50,465 nucleotides of DNA from the NCBI GenBank assembly GCA_034715975.1, contig JAYEFP010000031.1:1-50465 (forward strand), given 5' to 3'. Positions 17,123 through 24,674 of the stretch are shown here, in pieces; the first letter of the stretch is position 1, and each line of letters begins with the position of its first letter. Source of the stretch: Candidatus Bipolaricaulota bacterium (GTDB lineage: Bacteria > Bipolaricaulota > Bipolaricaulia > UBA7950 > UBA9294). The notes under the pieces are model-generated. The model saw only the letters and a list, made by a program, of their open reading frames with translations, had not been told where the DNA came from and ran no database searches. The position numbers and the translations under genes were made by a program.

Positions 17123-19273
17123 ATGATGAGACAGAATTGTGTAGCGGCGAGGGGGAGACCCCTCGCTGTCTTCTTACTGGTGCTCGTGCTGCTCGCTCTG
17201 CCGGTCTTTGCGGATGGGACGTATCTGCAGGCACAGCAATCTATTAGTCCGCAGGAGATTTACGTAGCAGGTACAGGGTCGCCAGACACGGCGAACATGA
17301 ATCTTGTCGTGCAGGGTATGGGACATGCACGGCGGTTCCCGATTGACTGTGTGTTCGTGATCGATACATCGGCCACGGCACAACTCGCCTCGGCCAAACA
17401 GTTTGCCTTTGATCTCATGGACACGTTCTCCGAAGAGGATCGCGTTGGAGTCGTTACCTTCTCTACGATGGCTCAGCTTGCCGTCCCGCTTAGTTCAAGT
17501 CGCCTCGCGGTGAAAACGGCGATCGCTGACTTGGAGACGGGAGGAAAGTCTGCATTTGGTGACGCGTTGCAGATCGCTCGCCAGGAACTACTAGCAGATG
17601 GGCGAACGGATGCGATTCTTGTCGAGGTCCTTCTTACCGACGGACAGAATAATGCTGGACGCGATCCAAGTGGAGAGGGTGATGTAGCAAGTGAGGCGGG
17701 GATCAAGATTGTCTCCGTCGGGATCGGCTACTTGATTGACAGTAATCTACTGGAGGAGTTCTCTTCAAAGACCAACGGCCTCTTCTTCAAGCGCATAATC
17801 AGTTCCACGATTGCCAGGATAAATAGCCTGCTGACTGTCAATGCGGCAGGCGAGGACGCGATCGTAAACAAGGTCCTCCCCAGTGACATTCGCTACGTTG
17901 GGGCGACACCGTCTCCTACGCGTGTGATCTCAAATCCTGATGGGACAACGACTCTCACCTTCAACGTCGGAACGATTGGCCTTGGGGAGGAATGGAAGGC
18001 CGAGATCACGATTCAAGCGGCGTATAAGGGTGCGCTTTCAACGGATGCGGGCTCGACAGTTTCGTACGTGAGTTTCCGTGGGGTTAAGAACACAATAGAG
18101 ATTCCCAGCAATTCACTCTCTGCGATCTTGCCTCCCGCACCGCCGTCCCCACCGGTCGCCGGATTCTCCTATTTACCGGCGAGCCTTAGTACAACGGATA
18201 CCGTTGTGTTCAGCGAGGGTTCGACAGACGCTGACGGACGGGTCGTTGCTTGGGCGTGGGACTTTGGTGATGGCACGGGAAGTGACGATCAGAGCCCGCA
18301 GCACAGCTACTCGCACAGTGGGACCTATATGGTGGCGCTTGTCGTCAAGGATGATGACGGTAATACTTCGCCCGTGGCCACGCAAGAGATTGTTGTGGCA
18401 AACACTGCTCCGACGGCAGTGTTCAAGGTGACCCCAGCTGATCCGCGTATCGCGGTCTCTACGTTGTTCGATGCCAGTAGCTCGTACGACGTGGACGGGG
18501 TAATTGCCTCCTACGCCTGGGACTTCGATAATGATGGAGTATTCGATGTTGATAGCGCATCCTCCGAGGTTGAGTACATGTTTGCCGAGGCGGGAGAGGT
18601 GACGCTTACCCTTAAGGTGACAGATGATGAGGGTGCAAGCGCAATTGTGAAGAAGCCGCTTAACATACTTCCTAGCGTGAGCGCGATCAGAGAAATCGAC
18701 ACATGTCTTCCGGGTGATGAGACAATCATCGGCGGAACGGTCAAGGTGACGATAACGATCACTGCGAATACTGAGGTGCACGGTCTAACCTTACATGAGG
18801 ACATCCCAACTGGCTGGACGTTTGCCGAGGCGTACAACGCGAGTGCGACATTCCGCAAGGAGACCACGGATTGGTTGTTCATGGAAACGCTTGAGGACGG
18901 GGATACGCGAGTGATCGAGTACACGTTGACCGCTCCCTCTACGTGCAGTGAATCGGCGAAGGCAGCGCTCGGTGGTATTATCCAGAGCTCCTCGCCACGG
19001 TTATCCCGGATGATCTTCGGCGAGGACAAGGTCTCTCTTGTCCCGACACTTCCGATCAACGTTGTCATTTCGCGCTGGGACAGCGAACAGGCCAAGATCA
19101 ATCTCTGTCTGCCCGAACAGATCTCGTTCGATCAGATTCAGTATGCTGTGTCTCTGTGGCTCAGCGGTGGCTCTGTTACCCACACTGGCGACAAGGTTGT
19201 CACCCTCGATGACATCCGTGATCTGATTGCCTATTGGCTGACCGATACATCGGTGCATGATCCGCTTCCTTAA
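17123..19273 (+). CDS. exported VWA-domain protein with two PKD repeats and one LPxGW + helical WL module
   Basis: Signal peptide ...ALPVFADG. VWA has a MIDAS-like VFVIDTSAT, GGKSAFGDAL and LLTDGQNN. PKD repeats are WAWDFGDGTGSD...VVKDDDGN and YAWDFDNDGVFD...VTDDEGA. The C-terminal module is LHEDIPTGW ... ISRWD ... LIAYWLTDT. Confidence 0.85.
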   Translation: MMRQNCVAARGRPLAVFLLVLVLLALPVFADGTYLQAQQSISPQEIYVAGTGSPDTANMNLVVQGMGHARRFPIDCVFVIDTSATAQLASAKQFAFDLMDTFSEEDRVGVVTFSTMAQLAVPLSSSRLAVKTAIADLETGGKSAFGDALQIARQELLADGRTDAILVEVLLTDGQNNAGRDPSGEGDVASEAGIKIVSVGIGYLIDSNLLEEFSSKTNGLFFKRIISSTIARINSLLTVNAAGEDAIVNKVLPSDIRYVGATPSPTRVISNPDGTTTLTFNVGTIGLGEEWKAEITIQAAYKGALSTDAGSTVSYVSFRGVKNTIEIPSNSLSAILPPAPPSPPVAGFSYLPASLSTTDTVVFSEGSTDADGRVVAWAWDFGDGTGSDDQSPQHSYSHSGTYMVALVVKDDDGNTSPVATQEIVVANTAPTAVFKVTPADPRIAVSTLFDASSSYDVDGVIASYAWDFDNDGVFDVDSASSEVEYMFAEAGEVTLTLKVTDDEGASAIVKKPLNILPSVSAIREIDTCLPGDETIIGGTVKVTITITANTEVHGLTLHEDIPTGWTFAEAYNASATFRKETTDWLFMETLEDGDTRVIEYTLTAPSTCSESAKAALGGIIQSSSPRLSRMIFGEDKVSLVPTLPINVVISRWDSEQAKINLCLPEQISFDQIQYAVSLWLSGGSVTHTGDKVVTLDDIRDLIAYWLTDTSVHDPLP

Positions 19274-19321
19274 AGTGGGAGCGGATTTGCCCGATCCGAA
19301 ATATGTGATTAAGGAGGGGGA

Positions 19322-20011
19322 ATGAATAACAGGTTGAAGGTGCTCCTTGCCGTGACAGTTCTCGTTGTCACGTTGGGGCTGGTCACCCTTGCTGGAACAG
19401 CGGACTATTCCCCGGCGACGTATAACCCAGCAGTGGGAGAAGACACTGGTTTCACGGCGTGTCAGACCTGTCTTTCCTACGACGCTGCAAGCTACGATTG
19501 GGACTTCGACGGAGATGGGGTGTACGACATTTCGACGCCTGATCCGACCGTTGAACACGCGTTTTCCGAAGCCGGTTTCGTTGTTGTGATTCTGAGGGTT
19601 GATGAAGGCGGCGGTCGCTACACCACGTGTCGCAAAGGAATTCTCGTTGGAGAGACTCCTCTCTTCGCTGTACGCAACGTAACAGCGGATGCGAGCGGGT
19701 CGGTGCTGGTGGAGATCACGGTTAGCGCCTATGTTGGTGTGCGAGCGGTTGGTCTGGAGGAGACTCTGCCCATCGGTTGGCAGTGGGAGATTCTCGACGC
19801 CGCTAACGCCATTACGAAGAAGGAAGGACAGAATCTGCAGGTCCTCTGGATGAACCCGATCGAGGCCGGTGAAACGTGGACGGTTTCCTATCGTCTCTAC
19901 CCATCCATCGGGACAGGATCTCCCCTATTGGCGGGGACGGTCAGCGGCTACGACGGCGAGAATGCGCGGGTGAAGGTGTCCATCTGTGGGGACCTTGCCA
20001 TTAAGAAATAG
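19322..20011 (+). CDS. exported small protein: degenerate PKD repeat + one LPxGW domain (no helical module)
   Basis: AAGGAGGGGG SD and an N-terminal hydrophobic anchor or signal. Contains YDWDFDGDGVYD and VGLEETLPIGW...TWTVSYRLYP. Confidence 0.75.
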   Translation: MNNRLKVLLAVTVLVVTLGLVTLAGTADYSPATYNPAVGEDTGFTACQTCLSYDAASYDWDFDGDGVYDISTPDPTVEHAFSEAGFVVVILRVDEGGGRYTTCRKGILVGETPLFAVRNVTADASGSVLVEITVSAYVGVRAVGLEETLPIGWQWEILDAANAITKKEGQNLQVLWMNPIEAGETWTVSYRLYPSIGTGSPLLAGTVSGYDGENARVKVSICGDLAIKK

Positions 20012-20032
20012 CCATGCATAGAGTCATGGATG

Positions 20033-20069
20033 GACGGGCGGTCGCTATGATCGCCCGTCTTTCTTTTTC
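20033..20069 (+). terminator. intrinsic terminator of the 14.8-20.0 kb plus-strand operon
   Basis: GACGGGCGGTC / GATCGCCCGTC stem (20033-20059), then TTTCTTTTT. The hairpin loop contains the stop codon (20045-20047) of the convergent minus-strand gene. Confidence 0.7.
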
Positions 20070-20620
20070 ATCGCTTCTCGCAGGATCGCTAGCCCATCAA
20101 TTACTATCTGGTAACGTCTTGCACTCCGCGTGCTGTGCGTGTCTATCAGCTTCAACAGGACGGCAAGCAGCATGAACGTTCCCAGTCCGAGCCCAAGCGC
20201 TGTGCGGAAACCGATCTGGATGTGGATCTGCAGCGGGATGACGAGAAGAGCAAGGCCAATCACAGCAATGATTCCCATGCGGATAACATGGCGGATTGTG
20301 AATCCCTTCGTCATTTTGGCAGGGAACGAAGCGATTGACGTTTCCGTCAGTGCGAAGTCCCATGACATGACGGCGAGCACGATTGCGATTCCTGCGAGGT
20401 AGACAGACGCTCCGTAGAGGATGTTGACTACAGCTATTGCGGTTTCCGCGCCGAGGAGGATGGTTAACTCGGTCCGCTTCACACTCTTCCACAGTATGAG
20501 AAGCCACATTGCTCCGATTGCGATTGCTGCGCACCCCAAGACGATCGATCCTACACAGAAGCCAGGGAGGGCAAGGATAACAGTGGCGATTATTGCCGAT
20601 ACGAACGCTACCCGTTTCAT
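20045..20620 (-). CDS. polytopic membrane protein (about 5-6 TM), last gene of the MoxR cassette
   Basis: Start set at ATG 20620 (GGAGG SD), overlapping the DUF58 stop as ATGA. Highly hydrophobic, with no family recognised. Confidence 0.6.
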   Translation of the reverse strand: MKRVAFVSAIIATVILALPGFCVGSIVLGCAAIAIGAMWLLILWKSVKRTELTILLGAETAIAVVNILYGASVYLAGIAIVLAVMSWDFALTETSIASFPAKMTKGFTIRHVIRMGIIAVIGLALLVIPLQIHIQIGFRTALGLGLGTFMLLAVLLKLIDTHSTRSARRYQIVIDGLAILREAMKKKDGRS

Positions 20621-21927
20621 GTGATCCTCCGTCCGCGTCTTGAAAGTGTCCAGGAGAGGAGCGATGCGAGCGAATCGGCAACGTCCCACTGAACGACTTC
20701 TACACCGATGCGAGCTAGGGCATCCAGTATCAGTTTGCGGCGTAAAGTGACTATGCGCAGCGCTAGGTCGCGCGCCTCGCTCTTTGGGATCTGGTCGACC
20801 TCATAGCGCAACATATCGGGCATGATCATGATAATCTGGTAACCGTGTGCGCGCAGTACTCCGAGGACCTCCACATCGTGCTCGTCAAGCGCCCCGCTTA
20901 TCATCACAAGTTGCGACCGCGGGGGAAAGAGGCGTGTGGGGACTGCTCGCAGGTCATCGAATACTTCTTTGTCTGATGTCTCAGCGCGGGCGAGGGAGTC
21001 GAGAATCCTTGCCATCTGATCCTTGCCGTATCCGGGAAAGGTCCAATCCATGTACTCACCATAGATGAACAGGCCCACGCTGTTTCCCTGCTTGATAAAG
21101 TACTTGGCCATGCTTGCAGCGGCGCGCACAGCGTAGGTGAAAGTCTTCTCAGTACCGACGCGAGAATTGGCCCGTTCACGGGCATCGAGGAAGACAGTGA
21201 CGTCGGCGATCCTCTCCTGTTCGTATTCGTTCACGATGAGTTCCCGTGTGCGTGCGTAGGCGCGCCAGTTGATGCGGCGAATGTCATCTCCCGTGGTATA
21301 GGCATGGCAACCGAAGAAGTCGATCCCACTCCCTCCACGGTTTGCTTGTACAACCCCGGCATAGGCGCGAGTTCGCCGCGGTCGGATCTCGATGTCATCG
21401 ATAGGTTCGGCGATAGGCACGGCGAGAAACTTCGTTTCATGAGGTGCGAACTGCTGCTGTGACATCAAAGTGATCCGTTGCCACGTAGTGATATCAGCTC
21501 CCGGCAGAGTGTGCAGCCCGCGCGGAGCGCGCAGTGTGTAAGAGAAGGTGGCCATTGCGCCTTCCGCAAGGCTTACGAAGTGGGTTGTCTCCCCACTTGT
21601 TACCTCCAGGTCGCGTGGTATGTGCTCGGCGACGCCGAGCCAGGGTATCGCCGGTCCGGTATTGGCGATGATGACAGTCACATCGAGCGTTTCTCCCTCT
21701 GTTATGTGATCAACGCTGAGGTGTCTGTCTACCGTGATTTGTGGTTTCTTGGATTCACTTGTGGAGATGAGAGCGATCCCGGCATAGAGCAGGAAGGGGA
21801 TGCCAGCGGCGAGCACACGCCCGTCGCGCACGAGAACACCGGCGATCACGAGCGATATGGCGATCGCGAGAATGGCACCGATCTTTCCCGACGTGGACAA
21901 GTTAGCCCACCTTGGGCACAGGGACAA
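20617..21927 (-). CDS. DUF58-family protein (VWA-like, MoxR-associated) with N-terminal TM helices
   Basis: Signature ...TGDDIRRINWRAYARTRELIVNEYEQERIADVTVFLDA. An alternative TTG start at 21900 (AAGGTGG SD) would sit just after the MoxR stop. Confidence 0.8.
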   Translation of the reverse strand: MSLCPRWANLSTSGKIGAILAIAISLVIAGVLVRDGRVLAAGIPFLLYAGIALISTSESKKPQITVDRHLSVDHITEGETLDVTVIIANTGPAIPWLGVAEHIPRDLEVTSGETTHFVSLAEGAMATFSYTLRAPRGLHTLPGADITTWQRITLMSQQQFAPHETKFLAVPIAEPIDDIEIRPRRTRAYAGVVQANRGGSGIDFFGCHAYTTGDDIRRINWRAYARTRELIVNEYEQERIADVTVFLDARERANSRVGTEKTFTYAVRAAASMAKYFIKQGNSVGLFIYGEYMDWTFPGYGKDQMARILDSLARAETSDKEVFDDLRAVPTRLFPPRSQLVMISGALDEHDVEVLGVLRAHGYQIIMIMPDMLRYEVDQIPKSEARDLALRIVTLRRKLILDALARIGVEVVQWDVADSLASLLSWTLSRRGRRIT

Positions 21928-22852
21928 GGCGAAGGATCTTCGTCACAACATCAGCCGCGGTGATCCGCTTTGACCACAGGTCGGGGCTGAGGATCAGGCG
22001 GTGTGATAGCGCTGATCCGGCGAATGCCTTGATGTCATCAGGTAGAACGTAATCGCGTCCGGCGAGGGCTGCCTGTGCTCGGGAGAGCTTCAGTAGAGCG
22101 AGCGACCCGCGTGGGCTCGCTCCCACGTAGACATCGTTATCAGTGCGCGTCTTGCTGACGATGGAGACGATGTACTTCTCGATGTCCGGATCGACGAAAA
22201 CCTCCTCCACAGCATCACGCATCTGCATTAGTGTATCGGCGCTCGTCACTGGGGAGAGGACAATATCGTCCACCTTGCGGACACGCCGTCGCCTGAGGAT
22301 CTCCACCTCGCCCTCTGCATCGGGATAGCCTACGCAGAGGCGAACCATGAATCGATCGAGCTGTGCCTCAGGCAAGGGGAAAGTTCCTTCATACTCGATG
22401 GGATTCTGGGTGGCGATGACGATAAACGGTGATGGCAGAGGATGGGTCTCGCCATCGATTGTCACTTGCGCTTCCTGCATCGCCTCCAGCAGCGCTGACT
22501 GAGTCTTCGGTGTAGCACGGTTGATCTCGTCTGCCAGAATGATATTGGCGAATATCGGTCCGACGGTGAGTGTGAATTCCTCCGTCTCGCGATCGAAGAC
22601 GTGTGAACCAGTGATGTCGCTCGGCAGAAGGTCCGGAGTGAATTGGATGCGTTTGAAATCCATGCCGAGCACCTGGGCAAAGCTGCGGGCGATTAGTGTC
22701 TTTGCTAACCCAGGGTAGTCCTCAAATAGGATGTGCGCACCGGCAAGAATTCCCACCATTACCTGCTCCAACACGTCATCCTTGCCGACTATTGCCTTGC
22801 CTACTTCAGCGATGATCGCGCGACTCTGCGCGCCTACTTCTTTGAGATTCAT
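21902..22852 (-). CDS. MoxR-family AAA+ ATPase
   Basis: 316 aa. Walker A is EDYPGLAKTLIAR and Walker B is IILADEINRATPKTQSALLEAMQE. Also has VIATQNPIEYEGTFPLPEAQLDRF. Confidence 0.9.
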   Translation of the reverse strand: MNLKEVGAQSRAIIAEVGKAIVGKDDVLEQVMVGILAGAHILFEDYPGLAKTLIARSFAQVLGMDFKRIQFTPDLLPSDITGSHVFDRETEEFTLTVGPIFANIILADEINRATPKTQSALLEAMQEAQVTIDGETHPLPSPFIVIATQNPIEYEGTFPLPEAQLDRFMVRLCVGYPDAEGEVEILRRRRVRKVDDIVLSPVTSADTLMQMRDAVEEVFVDPDIEKYIVSIVSKTRTDNDVYVGASPRGSLALLKLSRAQAALAGRDYVLPDDIKAFAGSALSHRLILSPDLWSKRITAADVVTKILRLVPVPKVG

Positions 22853-23443
22853 CTATACCCCCTGATGATAGCGTTCGAGGAACGCGACGATATCGTGCTG
22901 TCTCTCGTCAAATACCCTACCCTTACCCACTCCATAGTACTGCCGGCGGAAGTTGAAGTAGGCCGGGATTGCATCGTCATCACACCAACTAAATGATTCA
23001 AAACGCTCTCGCGCCTCTCGAAGCGGGAGCCTCTCACGTTGCGCGATCAAGTGTACCGACAGTGGGACCAGGCTGCTCGCCATCCTTCGCCGGGCAAACG
23101 GATGCCGCCGAGCGCGATTGATCATTGTGGTTAGTCGCTTCAACTCACTCGCCGTTTCCGATCTGACAAGAACGTATCTTCGCTGTTTACTTGCTCTTGG
23201 TAGAGGAAACGTGCGGGTGAGCATCCGCAGTGTGAGAATCGCCCCCGCGATAACGAGCACACTCCACAGTACGAGTTGTGATATGCGGTGAATGTACCAG
23301 CGCAGCACACGGAACGACTCAATGAGCGGTGTGACAAGGGCGGCCACGAAGGCGCCACGTAGAGGGAAAGCAAACATTACAGCAAGGCCAATGAGGAGAG
23401 CAAAGCTTAGAACGATCAGCCCGAGCGCCAGTTTGTGACTCAT
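22853..23443 (-). CDS. small membrane protein (2-3 TM + basic cytoplasmic tail), hypothetical
   Basis: ATG 23443 overlaps the upstream stop as ATGA (GGAGGAAGG SD). Its TAG stop directly abuts the MoxR ATG. It occupies the slot where DUF4350-type proteins usually sit but is much shorter. Confidence 0.55.
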   Translation of the reverse strand: MSHKLALGLIVLSFALLIGLAVMFAFPLRGAFVAALVTPLIESFRVLRWYIHRISQLVLWSVLVIAGAILTLRMLTRTFPLPRASKQRRYVLVRSETASELKRLTTMINRARRHPFARRRMASSLVPLSVHLIAQRERLPLREARERFESFSWCDDDAIPAYFNFRRQYYGVGKGRVFDERQHDIVAFLERYHQGV

Positions 23444-24348
23444 CCTTCCTCCACTATTTCGTATGCCCGTTGGATTGATTCCAAACACGCAATTGCCTCA
23501 TCAACGAACCCTACACCACTTTGACCTCCGTAGCGAACGGTCTCAAAGATTCCTGTCAGACGGTCGACGTGTTCATCCTTCATTCCCCGCTTGCGTAAAT
23601 GGGTGGCGAACTCGCGCGGTGTGAAGTGGGAATAGTTGGGGATGTGCTGAGTCTGGCTCATAATCTCAGTCATCTCCTGATAGCAGCGGAGGATCGCCTT
23701 CCGCGGATCATCACCTGTAATAATCCGATGGGCGGCGAGCCCCGCGCTCTTCCCCAACTCACCGAGTAGATCGTCCCGATCAGAGCGACGTGATTGGAGT
23801 GCGGGATAGACCTTCAGGAAGAAGAACAGTCCGATAGTTGTGAGGACGAAGGAAGATCCGATGGCGATCAGGATGACCTGCCAGTTCGAAGCGACGACCG
23901 GAGGAATATCCGGGTGCACCTGTTCTACCGGTGGCGCGTCTCCGATTCCCATGTCCGTTGCTTGTTGTGGCTGTGGTGACTGCTCGCTCTGCGGAATGCT
24001 GTGTATCTGCGCCAGGCCTAACGAAATCAACAACAGGATCACGAAGATGATGGCGAATTGCTTGCGGTGCTCTCTTGAGATGATAACAAACAACAGGATC
24101 ACCGCTGCTCCCAAGGCAAATAGCGATTGAATGAAAATGCGCACAGCATTCTCTCCCCAAGCTGGTCCGCCAGGGCTTGTGCCGGGAGATATGTCCGCGA
24201 TATCGGCAAAAGGGTTTGGTAGGGGTTTGCCTGGGAGGGGATGAACACCATTCATCCCCCCGATAAGAACAAAGAGAACACCGAACAGGGCTATGAGAAC
24301 AGCTATAAGAAGCTTTTGCCGATTGATTCTATCCATCTTTTGCCACAA
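23440..24348 (-). CDS. DUF4129-like membrane protein
   Basis: Several TM helices, a Q/P-rich linker, and a C-terminal ...FTPREFATHLRKRG...LTGIFETVRYGGQ pattern typical of DUF4129. The start is either TTG 24348 or ATG 24336. Confidence 0.6.
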   Translation of the reverse strand: MWQKMDRINRQKLLIAVLIALFGVLFVLIGGMNGVHPLPGKPLPNPFADIADISPGTSPGGPAWGENAVRIFIQSLFALGAAVILLFVIISREHRKQFAIIFVILLLISLGLAQIHSIPQSEQSPQPQQATDMGIGDAPPVEQVHPDIPPVVASNWQVILIAIGSSFVLTTIGLFFFLKVYPALQSRRSDRDDLLGELGKSAGLAAHRIITGDDPRKAILRCYQEMTEIMSQTQHIPNYSHFTPREFATHLRKRGMKDEHVDRLTGIFETVRYGGQSGVGFVDEAIACLESIQRAYEIVEEG

Positions 24349-24462
24349 CCAATTGACTAATTATCCGCTCTCCCTTTTTGTGTTTCAATGCGCAGAACTG
24401 TCGAGCCTGTTGGGTAAGTCTCTTTTAGTGCTCATCTTCAAGTTCGAACCCCCATTTCAAGC

Positions 24463-24471
24463 ATTTTACCA
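24463..24471 (-). promoter_or_regulatory. extended -10 promoter (TGgTAAAAT) for the MoxR cassette
   Basis: The reverse complement of 24463-24471 is TGGTAAAAT. The -35 position reads CTCAAT and falls inside the proximal 18-bp direct repeat. Confidence 0.4.
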
Positions 24472-24484
24472 CCTCGATGGGAAA

Positions 24485-24534
24485 AATTGAGAGATCGGGA
24501 GACCGAGGAATTGAATAATTGAGAGATCGGGAGA
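24485..24534. repeat. two 18-bp direct repeats AATTGAGAGATCGGGAGA, 32 bp apart
   Basis: Exact copies at 24485-24502 and 24517-24534. A 10-bp inverted repeat GATTGAGTGA (24533-24542) / TCACTCAATC (24607-24616) and an 11-bp direct repeat CAGTCAATGAT (24580-24590, 24647-24657) flank them. Confidence 0.85.
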
Positions 24535-24674
24535 TTGAGTGATTGGAAGAGCGGAGCAAAGATAACCGCTGTAAACAATCAGTCAATGATTTAATCACTT
24601 ACTTACTCACTCAATCATTCAATCCTGTCTCTTCTCTGCGTACTTCCAGTCAATGATCCACCACAATTTGAGGG

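Noticed and set aside
24441-24455. AGTTCGAACCCCC, which resembles a tRNA/tmRNA T-loop.
   Set aside because: The flanking bases cannot form a T-stem. There is no acceptor stem or CCA context.
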